Source: Hyphomicrobiales bacterium
Lineage (GTDB): Bacteria > Pseudomonadota > Alphaproteobacteria > Rhizobiales > Beijerinckiaceae
Direction of reading: 5' to 3'
Length of the DNA: 64,000 nt
Assembly (NCBI GenBank): GCA_028868735.1
Contig: JAGWTW010000003.1
Span: 31,749-95,748, forward strand
Positions 33,088 through 42,118 of the stretch are shown here, in pieces. Made by a program: the position numbers and the translations under genes. A model generated the notes under the pieces. That model ran no database searches, was not told the DNA's origin, and saw only the letters and a program-made list of their open reading frames with translations. How positions within the stretch are numbered: position 1 is the first letter of the stretch; each line of letters opens with the position of its first letter.

Positions 33088-33588
33088 ATGACGTTCAAGG
33101 TCGTATCGAATAGCTTCAAGGACGGCGATTATCTCCCGATGGAGCACATTCTGAGCCAGGATTTCGGCTTCGGTTGCGCAGGCGGAAACAAGAGCCCGCA
33201 TCTTGCCTGGTCCGGCGCGCCCGACGGCACGAAGAGCTTCGCAATCACCTGTTACGACCCCGACGCGCCGACCGGATCCGGCTTCTGGCACTGGCTTGTC
33301 GTCAACATTCCCGCCAACGTGACCGAGCTCGCGCTGGACGCCGGCGGCGGCAAGGCGTCGAAATTGCCGGCCGGCGCACTGATGACGCGCACCGATTTCG
33401 GCGCGCCAGGCTATGGCGGCCCATGTCCTCCGCAGGGCGATCATCCACATCGCTATTTGTTCACTGTATTCGCAGTCGGCGCCGAAAGCCTGCCCGTGCA
33501 GGCCGACACGTCGGCGGCCGTCGTGGGCTTCAATCTCCATTTCGCGACGCTTGCGAAGGCTTCGATCATGGGCCTGTTCAAGCGCTGA
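33088..33588 (+). CDS. YbhB/YbcL-family PEBP (Raf-kinase-inhibitor-like) protein
   Basis: 166 aa. CYDPDAPTGSGFWHWLVVNIP...GPCPPQGDHPHRYLFTVFAV is the diagnostic PEBP core. Confidence 0.88.
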   Translation: MTFKVVSNSFKDGDYLPMEHILSQDFGFGCAGGNKSPHLAWSGAPDGTKSFAITCYDPDAPTGSGFWHWLVVNIPANVTELALDAGGGKASKLPAGALMTRTDFGAPGYGGPCPPQGDHPHRYLFTVFAVGAESLPVQADTSAAVVGFNLHFATLAKASIMGLFKR

Positions 33589-33611
33589 ACCGGCGCGGGT
33601 CGCGATCGATG

Positions 33612-33639
33612 CTCGAGGCCGGCGGCGGCCGGCTTCGAG
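33612..33639. terminator. 12-bp GC-rich hairpin between convergent genes
   Basis: CTCGAGGCCGGC-ggcg-GCCGGCTTCGAG, with one G-U pair. It lies between the PEBP (+) and MBL hydrolase (-) 3' ends. Confidence 0.4.
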
Positions 33640-33714
33640 AGCGGCCAGGGGCGCCGCCCCCGCGACGCTCCCGGAACTCGGCGGATTATATGCTCGCGCC
33701 GCGGGCGGCGGACC

Positions 33715-34845
33715 CTACCGGAAGATGCCGGTGGCGAGCGCCGATTGTTCGATTTTATCGCTGCCGATCGGGAGATCGATACGCATGCCGTCGAAGCCTG
33801 CGACCCAGCCGGACGCCGGCCTGATGTCGCTGACGCCTTCGAAGAACAGGGAATCGAGAAGTCCGGAGACGAGCGGCGGCGTGAAATGCGTGAAGACCAG
33901 CAGGCGCACGCCGGCCTGGTTCGCAATCTCCGCCGCGTCCCGCGGGCTCGAATGATAGGTTTCGATGTCCTCGAAGATCTTGCCGACTGACTTCATGTTC
34001 TCGTCGCGGGCTGCGGCGGCGATGATCTCCCGCATGTTCTGGTTCTGCGCCTCATGGACCAGCACGTCGGCGTTGTGCGACCATCTGGCGACGTTCGGCC
34101 ACTTGATCGTGTCGCCTGATACGACGACGGAGCGGCCCTTGTAGTCGAACCTGTAGCCAACGGCCGGACGCACCGGCGTGTGGTTGACTTCGAACGCAGT
34201 CACCTTGAGATCGCCGTCCTCGAGGATCGTCTCGGCCTGATCGTGCGTATCGGACGAACCTACCTTGAACGGTTTCGCAATCAGGGGGGCCGCTTCGATC
34301 GGCGCGACGTCGTGGCCATGGTGGGCGGCGCGATATCCATCGTCGAGCGCATAGGTGAGATTGACGCCGTCGACGATTTTTTCGACGCCGGCGCCGCCGT
34401 AGACGGGCAGCGGCTGCTTGCGCCCGCCGACCCAGGTCTGCAGACGGAATTCGCCGAGATCGCCGATATGGTCGGAATGGAAATGCGTGAGCATGACGCC
34501 TGCGATCCTGTCAGCCGGGAAATTGGCGAGCGCCAGCGTCTTCCAGGATTCCGGCCCGGTATCGACGACGAACGCGTGATCGCCGGCGATCACGACGGTG
34601 CAAGCCTTCGCGCGCGCGGCGTCGGGGACGGGCGATGACGTGCCGCAAAGGACAACGCGCAACGCCTTGCCGTCGAACATATTCGCGAGGCCGCGTTGCT
34701 GCGCGAATCGTCGATGGGCCTGCTGATTGTAGAACCAGGCAAGCGCAGTCGGGCTATTAAGCGCGAAAGCAGCCGCGCCGCCGACAATTGCGATCCCGAC
34801 GAGAATGATCAACGCCGCGCGCCTCGCGCGGCTTCCGGTCGCCAT
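33715..34845 (-). CDS. MBL-fold metallo-hydrolase with an N-terminal membrane anchor
   Basis: An N-terminal TM helix (AALIILVGIAIVGGAAAF) and the HxHxDH motif (LTHFHSDHIGD). Length is 376 aa. Confidence 0.85.
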   Translation of the reverse strand: MATGSRARRAALIILVGIAIVGGAAAFALNSPTALAWFYNQQAHRRFAQQRGLANMFDGKALRVVLCGTSSPVPDAARAKACTVVIAGDHAFVVDTGPESWKTLALANFPADRIAGVMLTHFHSDHIGDLGEFRLQTWVGGRKQPLPVYGGAGVEKIVDGVNLTYALDDGYRAAHHGHDVAPIEAAPLIAKPFKVGSSDTHDQAETILEDGDLKVTAFEVNHTPVRPAVGYRFDYKGRSVVVSGDTIKWPNVARWSHNADVLVHEAQNQNMREIIAAAARDENMKSVGKIFEDIETYHSSPRDAAEIANQAGVRLLVFTHFTPPLVSGLLDSLFFEGVSDIRPASGWVAGFDGMRIDLPIGSDKIEQSALATGIFR

Positions 34846-34929
34846 GGTGTCCTCGCCTCGCTTAGTCGGCGCCCTTGACTGAGCAGGAGCGCCATGCAGC
34901 CTTGTGCCCGGTAAAAGGAGGGGACGTCA

Positions 34930-36210
34930 ATGCGCGCCGCGCTCCGCGGATTTCTTGCTTCGCTGCTCGTCAGCGATGGCGTGCGCGATATTGGACGCGC
35001 GTTCCGCGCTGCGCGCCGGCGCGTGCGCTGCGCGCCCGCGACAGTTCATTTCTTCTTCGGCGCCGACGATCCCTACAGTCATCTTGCGGCGCAGATGCTG
35101 GAACCGCTGGCCGCGCGCTATCGCATCTCGGTCGCGCCGCACATCGTCTCGCCGCCGCAGGATTCGGCTGCGCCCGAACGACAGCGACTGTTCGACTACG
35201 CGTTGCGTGACGCTGCAATCGTCGCGCATCGCTACGGTCTTTCATGGCCGGCGCCCGCGAAGGCGCCGAGCCCGACGATGCGCGCCGGCGCGCTCGCCTG
35301 TCTTGCAAGCGGGCTCGAATCCGGGCGGTTTTCGGAAGTCGCTGCGAAAGTGGGCTGGGCTTTGTGGAGCGGAGCAGCCGTGCCGACAGCGCCGCGCGCG
35401 CCGGACGAGACCGTCGCGCGCCTCATGCGCGAAGGCGACGCGTTGCGCAAGGCTTTCGGTCACTACCTCTGCGGAATGTTCTATTTCGAGGGCGAATGGT
35501 ATTGGGGCGTCGACCGCCTGCACTATCTCGAAGGACGTCTCGCCGATCTTGGCTTCGATAGGCAACCGGGCGCGTCGATGCTGGCTCCGTACCAGCGCGA
35601 ATCCGTCGCGCCAAAAATTTCCGCGTCTGACGCGACAGTCGATCTCTGGTTCTCGTTCCGCTCGCCTTATTCCTACATCGCATTGCAGCGGGTTGCGGAT
35701 CTCGCTGCGGCCTCGGGCGCGACGCTGCGTTTGCGGTACATCCTGCCGATGGTGATGCGCGGCTTGCCTGTGCCGCTCGAAAAGCGGCTCTACATTATGC
35801 GCGATTGCAAGCGCGAAGCTGACACCGTGGGCATGTCGTTCGGTCGGACGGTCGACCCGGTCGGCGTCGGCGTCGAACGCGCGCTCGCGGTGCTGCATCA
35901 CGTCGTTCCAACAGGCCGCGGAATCGCCTTCGCGCATTCGGCGCTCAAGGCGGCGTTCGCGGACGGAATTGATCTCGCATCCGACGACGGGCTCGCCGAA
36001 GCTGCGCGGCGCGCCGGTGTGAGCGATCAGGACGTGAATGCAGCGCTTGCGGACGAGAGTTGGCGCACGACGGCGGAAGAAAACCGGAAAGCGCTGTTTG
36101 CGGCAGGCCTGTGGGGCGCGCCAACATTCTGCGTCGACGGCAGTCCCGCACATTGGGGGCAGGACCGCATCTGGGCGCTGGAGGAAGATCTGAGGGCGGC
36201 CGGCAAGTAA
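34930..36210 (+). CDS. DsbA-family / 2-hydroxychromene-2-carboxylate-isomerase-like protein with two tandem domains
   Basis: Two similar halves each begin with the family N-terminal motif: VHFFFGADDPYSHLAAQMLEPL and VDLWFSFRSPYSYIALQRVADL. The C-terminal half ends in GLWGAPTFCVDG. Length is 426 aa. Confidence 0.75.
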   Translation: MRAALRGFLASLLVSDGVRDIGRAFRAARRRVRCAPATVHFFFGADDPYSHLAAQMLEPLAARYRISVAPHIVSPPQDSAAPERQRLFDYALRDAAIVAHRYGLSWPAPAKAPSPTMRAGALACLASGLESGRFSEVAAKVGWALWSGAAVPTAPRAPDETVARLMREGDALRKAFGHYLCGMFYFEGEWYWGVDRLHYLEGRLADLGFDRQPGASMLAPYQRESVAPKISASDATVDLWFSFRSPYSYIALQRVADLAAASGATLRLRYILPMVMRGLPVPLEKRLYIMRDCKREADTVGMSFGRTVDPVGVGVERALAVLHHVVPTGRGIAFAHSALKAAFADGIDLASDDGLAEAARRAGVSDQDVNAALADESWRTTAEENRKALFAAGLWGAPTFCVDGSPAHWGQDRIWALEEDLRAAGK

Positions 36211-36215
36211 GCAAA

Positions 36216-36239
36216 AAGGGCGGCCTGCGCCGCCCTTTG
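36216..36239. terminator. Bidirectional stem-loop between the DsbA-like gene and ilvD
   Basis: AAAGGGCGGC-ctgc-GCCGCCCTTT is a perfect 10-bp stem with A/T runs on both sides. Confidence 0.65.
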
Positions 36240-36262
36240 CCGTTCGTTCGTCTTCGCGCCGT

Positions 36263-38098
36263 TCAGTTCACCTTGCGCACCGCGCCATAGGCCGCGCTGG
36301 TGGTCAACGCCGCATAGGCTTTCAACGCCGTCGTGATTTTTCGAGCACGCGGCGCGGCGGGCTTCCAGCCCTTCTTCTCCTGCGCCGCGCGGCGTTGCGC
36401 CAGCACCTCGTCGGGAACGGCCAGATGCAGCTTGCGGTTCGGTATATCGATCTCGATCGTGTCGCCTTCCTCGACGAGGCCGATCAGCCCGCCTTCGGCG
36501 GCTTCCGGCGAGATATGCCCGATCGAAAGCCCCGAGGTGCCGCCGGAGAAGCGACCGTCGGTGATCAGCGCGCAGGCCTTGCCGAGCCCGCGCGACTTCA
36601 GATAGCTCGTTGGATAGAGCATTTCCTGCATGCCCGGGCCGCCGCGCGGTCCCTCGTAGCGGATGCAGACGACGTCGCCTGCTTTCACATCGCCGCCGAG
36701 AATGCCTTTAACGGCGGCGTCCTGGCTCTCGAACACGCGCGCCGGGCCTGTGAACTTCAGGATGCTGGCGTCGACGCCGGCCGTTTTTACGACGCAGCCG
36801 TCGAGCGCGATGTTTCCGTGCAATACGGCGAGCCCGCCGTCTTGCGCGAAAGCATGCGCCTTGTCGCGGATGCAGCCATTGTCGCGATCGAGATCGAGTT
36901 CGTCGAAGCGCTTGTCCTGGCTGAACGCAACGGTCGTCGGCACGCCGCCGGGCGCCGCGCGGTAGAAATTTTTCACGCTCTCGCTGTTCGTGCGCTTCAC
37001 GTCCCATTTATTGAGCGCGGCGCCGAGCGATTCCGAATGCACGTTCTTCACGTCGCGATGCAGGAGGCCCGCGCGGTCGAGTTCGCCGAGGATCGCGAAG
37101 ATGCCGCCTGCGCGATGCACGTCCTCCAGATGCACGTTCGCCACCGAAGGAGCGACCTTGCAGAGAACCGGCACGCGACGCGACAGCCGGTCGATGTCCT
37201 TCATGGTGAAAGGCACCTCGCCTTCGTTGGCGGCGGCGAGCAGATGCAGCACAGTGTTGGTCGAGCCGCCCATGGAAATGTCGAGCGTCATTGCATTCTC
37301 GAACGCCTCGAAGGAAGCGATCTTGCGCGGCAACACGCCCTCGTCGTCCTGCTCGTAATAACGGCGCGCGAGATCGACGATGAGATGGCCGGCTTCCACG
37401 AACAGTCGCTTGCGGTCGGCATGAGTGGCGACGATCGAACCATTGCCCGGCAATGCGAGGCCCAACGCCTCGGTCAGACAATTCATCGAGTTGGCGGTGA
37501 ACATGCCCGAGCACGAGCCGCATGTCGGGCAGGACGAACGCTCCATCACCTGCACGTCGGCTTCGCTCACCTTGTCGTCGGCGGCCGCCACCATCGCGTC
37601 GATGAGATCGACCTTTTGCACCTTGCCGCCGGACAGAACGACCTTGCCGGCCTCCATCGGACCGCCGGACACGAAGACCGCGGGGATATTGAGGCGCATC
37701 GCGGCCATCAGCATGCCGGGCGTGATCTTGTCGCAATTGGAAATGCAGACCATCGCGTCGGCGCAATGGGCGTTGACCATGTATTCGACGCTGTCCGCGA
37801 TGATCTCGCGCGAAGGCAGCGAGTAGAGCATGCCGTCGTGGCCCATGGCGATGCCGTCGTCCACGGCGATCGTGTTGAACTCCTTGGCGACGCCGCCGGC
37901 TGCCTCGATCTCGCGCGCGACGAGCTGGCCGAGATCCTTGAGATGCACGTGGCCCGGCACGAATTGCGTGAACGAATTGACGACCGCGATGATCGGCTTG
38001 CCGAAATCGCCGTCCTTCATGCCGGTGGCGCGCCAGAGGCCGCGGGCGCCGGCCATGTTGCGTCCGTGGGTCGTGGTTCTCGAACGATAGGCTGGCAC
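36263..38098 (-). CDS. ilvD: Dihydroxy-acid dehydratase
   Basis: 611 aa. [27 protein letters not shown]...[12 protein letters not shown]...SGGPMEAG is unmistakable IlvD sequence. Confidence 0.97.
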   Translation of the reverse strand: MPAYRSRTTTHGRNMAGARGLWRATGMKDGDFGKPIIAVVNSFTQFVPGHVHLKDLGQLVAREIEAAGGVAKEFNTIAVDDGIAMGHDGMLYSLPSREIIADSVEYMVNAHCADAMVCISNCDKITPGMLMAAMRLNIPAVFVSGGPMEAGKVVLSGGKVQKVDLIDAMVAAADDKVSEADVQVMERSSCPTCGSCSGMFTANSMNCLTEALGLALPGNGSIVATHADRKRLFVEAGHLIVDLARRYYEQDDEGVLPRKIASFEAFENAMTLDISMGGSTNTVLHLLAAANEGEVPFTMKDIDRLSRRVPVLCKVAPSVANVHLEDVHRAGGIFAILGELDRAGLLHRDVKNVHSESLGAALNKWDVKRTNSESVKNFYRAAPGGVPTTVAFSQDKRFDELDLDRDNGCIRDKAHAFAQDGGLAVLHGNIALDGCVVKTAGVDASILKFTGPARVFESQDAAVKGILGGDVKAGDVVCIRYEGPRGGPGMQEMLYPTSYLKSRGLGKACALITDGRFSGGTSGLSIGHISPEAAEGGLIGLVEEGDTIEIDIPNRKLHLAVPDEVLAQRRAAQEKKGWKPAAPRARKITTALKAYAALTTSAAYGAVRKVN

Positions 38099-38259
38099 GG
38101 GTCCGCCCTTTCCTTTTGGCTTTCAGAAAATCCGGCCCCTTTTATTGCCTCGCGCCTCCCGCGCCAAGCGGCTTCGGAAGGCGGGCGCGGGCTTGACGGT
38201 CTCGCGCTTGTCGCCGCTGCCCGGAGGCCTATCTATCCGGCTTCGCCGAGGAGAAAGAT

Positions 38260-38463
38260 ATGTCTCAGGCACAGCACAAGCCCGAGGGGGACACCGGAAC
38301 CGCGCCCAGGGCGTTCGAGGTTCGCGTCGACGGCGGCGCGCACGGCGCGTTCAGGGACCTGCGCGATGCGATCGACGCGGCCAGGATCGTCAAGCTCGAG
38401 CGGCCGCAAGCGATGGTGCGCGTTCTCGACAAGTCGACCGGTCAGATCGTCGTCGAACCCTGA
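38260..38463 (+). CDS. Hypothetical small protein (67 aa)
   Basis: GAGGAGAAAG RBS 4 nt before the ATG, and GC3-rich codon pattern consistent with coding. I recognise no family. Confidence 0.55.
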   Translation: MSQAQHKPEGDTGTAPRAFEVRVDGGAHGAFRDLRDAIDAARIVKLERPQAMVRVLDKSTGQIVVEP

Positions 38464-38503
38464 AGCGCTTGCCTCCGGCGGCGGCCCGGCGGATGCTGGC
38501 GGC

Positions 38504-38988
38504 ATGAGCAATGACAACAGCAATCTCGCGCCGATGCTGGAGCGGCGGCGCATCGAGGCCGAGATACTCGGCTGCGTCCACGCCGTTGTGAAAGATTCGC
38601 AGGGCGTAGAGGCTGCCGACCGAGTCGTGGCGGAGGCGGTACGGCGCTCGGCGGTCGCGCAGGGACGCGCGATGGCTGCGATGCAGGGCGGCAAGGGAGG
38701 CATTCAGAGTTTTGTCGACTTGCAGCCGCTATGGACCAAGGGTGGCGCATTGGAGGTGCGCGCATAACGGAATCGAGCGACACGCATTTCGCTTTCGATG
38801 TCCTGCGCTGCCGCTACCAGGAAATGTATCGCGATATGGGCCTCGGCGCGATCGGCCGTCTGCTCTCCTGCCAGCGCGACGGCAGTTTCTGCGAAGGTTT
38901 CGATCCGAAGCTGAAGCTGACGCGCACGCAAACGCTGGCCGAGGGCGCAAGTCATTGCGACTTCAGGTACGATTACGAGGCGGAGTGA
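38504..38988 (+). pseudogene. L-2-amino-thiazoline-4-carboxylic-acid-hydrolase-like (ATC hydrolase family) gene with one frameshift
   Basis: The N-terminal part MSNDNSNLAPMLERRRIEAEILG...KGGALEVR is in one frame and stops at 38767. The continuation ITESSDTHFAFDVLRCRYQEMYRDMGLGAIGRLLSCQRDGSFCEGFDPKLKLTRTQTLAEGASHCDFRY is in track ORF 38731..38988. The junction is at about 38759-38764. The family name is from memory. Confidence 0.6.
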
Positions 38989-39019
38989 CGGCTTCCACGC
39001 GCTCCATGAACGCAGCGCG

Positions 39020-39463
39020 CTATTCCTTTTTCAGATGTCGAATAGCGGCCGTCGAGCTGGCGCGCGCGATCAATTCGCCCTCAGCGTCGCGCAATTCGGC
39101 TTCCATGAACGCGACGCTGCGGCCCCATCGAACGATCCAGCCGTGGCATCGGTACAGGCCGGGATGGGCTGGCAAGAGAAATGAGACCTTCAGTTCGAGA
39201 CTCGGCACCGCGACGGCGAAATCGCCACGCACGATGCAGGCGCTCGCCATCGACGCGTCGAGCCACCCCGTGACGAAGCCGCCCTGAACGATCCCGCCCT
39301 TCGGATGGCCTTCGACGGAGTGGCAATGGCGCGTTTCGGCGATCCATTGCGTTGTGATGCGGTGAAGGGCCTTGTCGTAGCCCACGACCCCCTTGCCGCC
39401 GAGCGTCTCCCAGGCCGGCGGCCGGTTTCGCGACATTCTTTCGACGATTTCCTCTTCCGTCAT
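39020..39463 (-). CDS. PaaI-family hotdog-fold thioesterase
   Basis: GGIVQGGFVTGWLDASMASA...GRSVAFMEAELRDAEGELIARASST is typical PaaI. The start is ambiguous: ATG 39463 (MTEEEIV) or ATG 39487. Confidence 0.75.
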   Translation of the reverse strand: MTEEEIVERMSRNRPPAWETLGGKGVVGYDKALHRITTQWIAETRHCHSVEGHPKGGIVQGGFVTGWLDASMASACIVRGDFAVAVPSLELKVSFLLPAHPGLYRCHGWIVRWGRSVAFMEAELRDAEGELIARASSTAAIRHLKKE

Positions 39464-39560
39464 CACGCCCCCGCGCTGCCTTTCCATTCATTTTTCGCTT
39501 CGTCTTGGCGCGTCCGGCGACGCGCTCCATAATGGGCGACCATTCCAAGGGCGGGCCGAG

Positions 39561-41201
39561 ATGACAACAACAATCTTTGCGGCGAAAAAAATCGTCACCA
39601 TGAATCCGGCGCGGCCGGTCGCCACACATGTCGCCGTGCGCGACGGACGCATTCTCGGCGCAGGTTCGCTGGAGGAACTCGCAGGGTGGGGCGCTTATTC
39701 GCTCGACGCGCGCTTCGCCGACAAGACGATCCTGCCCGGTTTCGTCGAAGGCCACAGTCATGCCTTCGAGGGCGCTGTCTGGCGTTACGTCTATTGCGGC
39801 TGGTTCGATCGCATGGGGCCAGACGGCAAGATCTGGTCGGGCGCCCGCTCCGTCGACGACGTTCTCGCGCGGCTGGCGGACGAAGAAAGGAAACTCGGCG
39901 ATCCGAAGCGGCCGCTGACCGGCTGGGGCCTCGATCCCATCTATTTCGACAATCGCCGCATCACCCGCGCCGATCTCGACAAGGTTTCGAAGGATCGCCC
40001 GATCGGCGTCATGCATGCGAGCTTTCACATACTCAACGTCAACACGAAGGCGCTGGAGCTTGCCGGCTTGTTGAAACAGGGCCTCAACAACCCCGCCATT
40101 CCGCTCGGCGCCGACGGCCTGCCGACCGGAGAAATGAAGGGGCCGGAGGGCATGGCGCCGGTTTCGGCGAGCGTCGGGCTCGACCGCGCGATGATCTCGG
40201 GCGACGAGCGCGGCCTCAAGGATTTCGCGCGGCTGTGCGTGCGCAAGGGCGTGACGACGGCTACCGATCTCGCCAATCCGTTGCCGCCGGACATCGTCGA
40301 AATGATGCTGCGCGTGACGGGCGAGGCCAATTATCCCCTGCGACTCGTGCCGCTGCGGCGTTTCCTCGCCGAGCCTCCGAAACAGGCGATCGAACACGCC
40401 GCCGCGCTGAAGAAGCAGGGGACGGACCGTCTGCGACTCGGCATGGTCAAGATCGTCGTCGACGGCTCGATCCAGGGTTTTTCCGCGCGCCTGCGCTGGC
40501 CCGGCTATTACAATGGCGCGCCGCAGGGCCTCTGGTATGTCGCGCCGCCGCATCTGGCAGAAGCGCTCGACCTCGCGCTCGCGCTGGACGTGCACGTGCA
40601 TTGCCACACCAACGGCGACGAGGCGACGGAACTCGTCCTCGATACGATGGAGCAATCGCTGCGCAAGCGCCCCTCGCGCGATCATCGCTTCACGCTGCAG
40701 CATTGCCAGCTCGCCGACGCCGCGCAATTCCGCCGCATGAAGCAGCTCGGCATGTGCGTGAACCTGTTTCCGAACCATCATTTCCACTGGGGCGACGAGC
40801 ATTATCGGCTAACGGTCGGGCCGGAACGCGCCGAGCGCATGAACGCCTGCCGCACGGCGCTCGACTACGGCGTGCCGCTGGCGATCCATTCCGATGCGCC
40901 CGTCACGCCGCTCGGCCCGTTGTTCACGGCATGGTGCGCCGTCAATCGCAAAACGGCGAGCGGGCGCACGCTGGGCGAACACGAGAAGATCGGCGTGGCG
41001 GAAGCGCTGCGCACGATAACGCTCGGCGCCGCCTGGACCCTGAAGCTCGACGGCGAAGTCGGCTCGATCGAAACCGGCAAGCGTGCGGACTTCGCCGTGC
41101 TGGAAGACGATCCGACGGAAATCGCGCCGGACAAGCTCGGCGACGTGCGCGTGTGGGGCACGGTGCAGGGCGGTCGCGTGTTCGAAGCCGCGACGATCTG
41201 A
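39561..41201 (+). CDS. Metal-dependent amidohydrolase (YtcJ-like, amidohydrolase 3 family)
   Basis: Start at MTTTIFAAKKIVTMNPA. The metal-ligand regions are PGFVEGHSHAFEG, VHCHTNGDEA and IHSDAPV. Length is 546 aa. Confidence 0.85.
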   Translation: MTTTIFAAKKIVTMNPARPVATHVAVRDGRILGAGSLEELAGWGAYSLDARFADKTILPGFVEGHSHAFEGAVWRYVYCGWFDRMGPDGKIWSGARSVDDVLARLADEERKLGDPKRPLTGWGLDPIYFDNRRITRADLDKVSKDRPIGVMHASFHILNVNTKALELAGLLKQGLNNPAIPLGADGLPTGEMKGPEGMAPVSASVGLDRAMISGDERGLKDFARLCVRKGVTTATDLANPLPPDIVEMMLRVTGEANYPLRLVPLRRFLAEPPKQAIEHAAALKKQGTDRLRLGMVKIVVDGSIQGFSARLRWPGYYNGAPQGLWYVAPPHLAEALDLALALDVHVHCHTNGDEATELVLDTMEQSLRKRPSRDHRFTLQHCQLADAAQFRRMKQLGMCVNLFPNHHFHWGDEHYRLTVGPERAERMNACRTALDYGVPLAIHSDAPVTPLGPLFTAWCAVNRKTASGRTLGEHEKIGVAEALRTITLGAAWTLKLDGEVGSIETGKRADFAVLEDDPTEIAPDKLGDVRVWGTVQGGRVFEAATI

Positions 41202-42118
41202 TGGCGAGTGACGCCGGCATTCCCGTCACGGTGATCGGCGGCTATCTCGGGGCCGGCAAGACCACGCTCGTCAATCATCTCCTGCGGCATGCGGGTCGTC
41301 GTATCGCTGTGGTCGTCAACGATTTCGGCGACCTGCCCATCGATCAGGACCTGATCGTCGGCGCAAGCGGAGGCGTGCTGACGCTTGCCGGCGGCTGCGT
41401 CTGTTGTTCGATCGGCGAGGATTTTCTTGGTGGGCTGGTCGGTATGGCGAGACGCCCGGATATCGATCACCTCCTCGTCGAGGCGAGCGGCGTCGCATTG
41501 CCTGGATCAATCGCGCGTACGGTTGCGTTGGCCCGTGGACTCAAGCACGAAGCGACGATCATCGTGATCGACAGCGAAACGTTTCACGCCAATACGCAAG
41601 ACAAATATATCGGCGATACCGTGATGAGGCAGCTTGCGGACGCCGACCTCCTCGTCGCCAACAAGGCCGCTCTCGTTTCCGATGTGGCGCGAAGCGAGCT
41701 GCGCGCGTTCCTCCGCGAGCATGCGCCGGGCGCCGAACTCCTGTTCGCCGAGCGGGCGGATGTCGCACCCGACATCATCCTCGGCTCGCGTGAAAAAAGT
41801 CCGTTCGTCTGCGATGAGCCGCGATCGGAGCATGATACGGGGCTTATCGACTCCGTTTCGTTTGAGATCGATGGGCGGGTCGACGTTTCGGCGCTCGCGA
41901 AGGCTCTCGCGGACGCCTCGCTTGGCCTCGCGCGCGCGAAAGGCTTTGCGCAGGATGTCAACGGCGCCTGGAAGGCGATCCAGGTCGTCGGGCGGCGTGC
42001 GGAGATCGCAGACGTTTCGCCGCGAAAAGGAGCCGGCAGACTAGTCTGCATCGCGCACGGGCAAGCTATCGATCGCGAAAGAATCAGCGCGGCCCTGCGC
42101 GCTCGACAATCGCATTGA
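41201..42118 (+). CDS. CobW/COG0523-family G3E GTPase (putative metallochaperone)
   Basis: The ATG overlaps the amidohydrolase stop (TGATG). The P-loop is GGYLGAGKTTL, the CxCC motif is GCVCCS, and a VANK motif is present. Length is 305 aa. Confidence 0.85.
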   Translation: MASDAGIPVTVIGGYLGAGKTTLVNHLLRHAGRRIAVVVNDFGDLPIDQDLIVGASGGVLTLAGGCVCCSIGEDFLGGLVGMARRPDIDHLLVEASGVALPGSIARTVALARGLKHEATIIVIDSETFHANTQDKYIGDTVMRQLADADLLVANKAALVSDVARSELRAFLREHAPGAELLFAERADVAPDIILGSREKSPFVCDEPRSEHDTGLIDSVSFEIDGRVDVSALAKALADASLGLARAKGFAQDVNGAWKAIQVVGRRAEIADVSPRKGAGRLVCIAHGQAIDRERISAALRARQSH

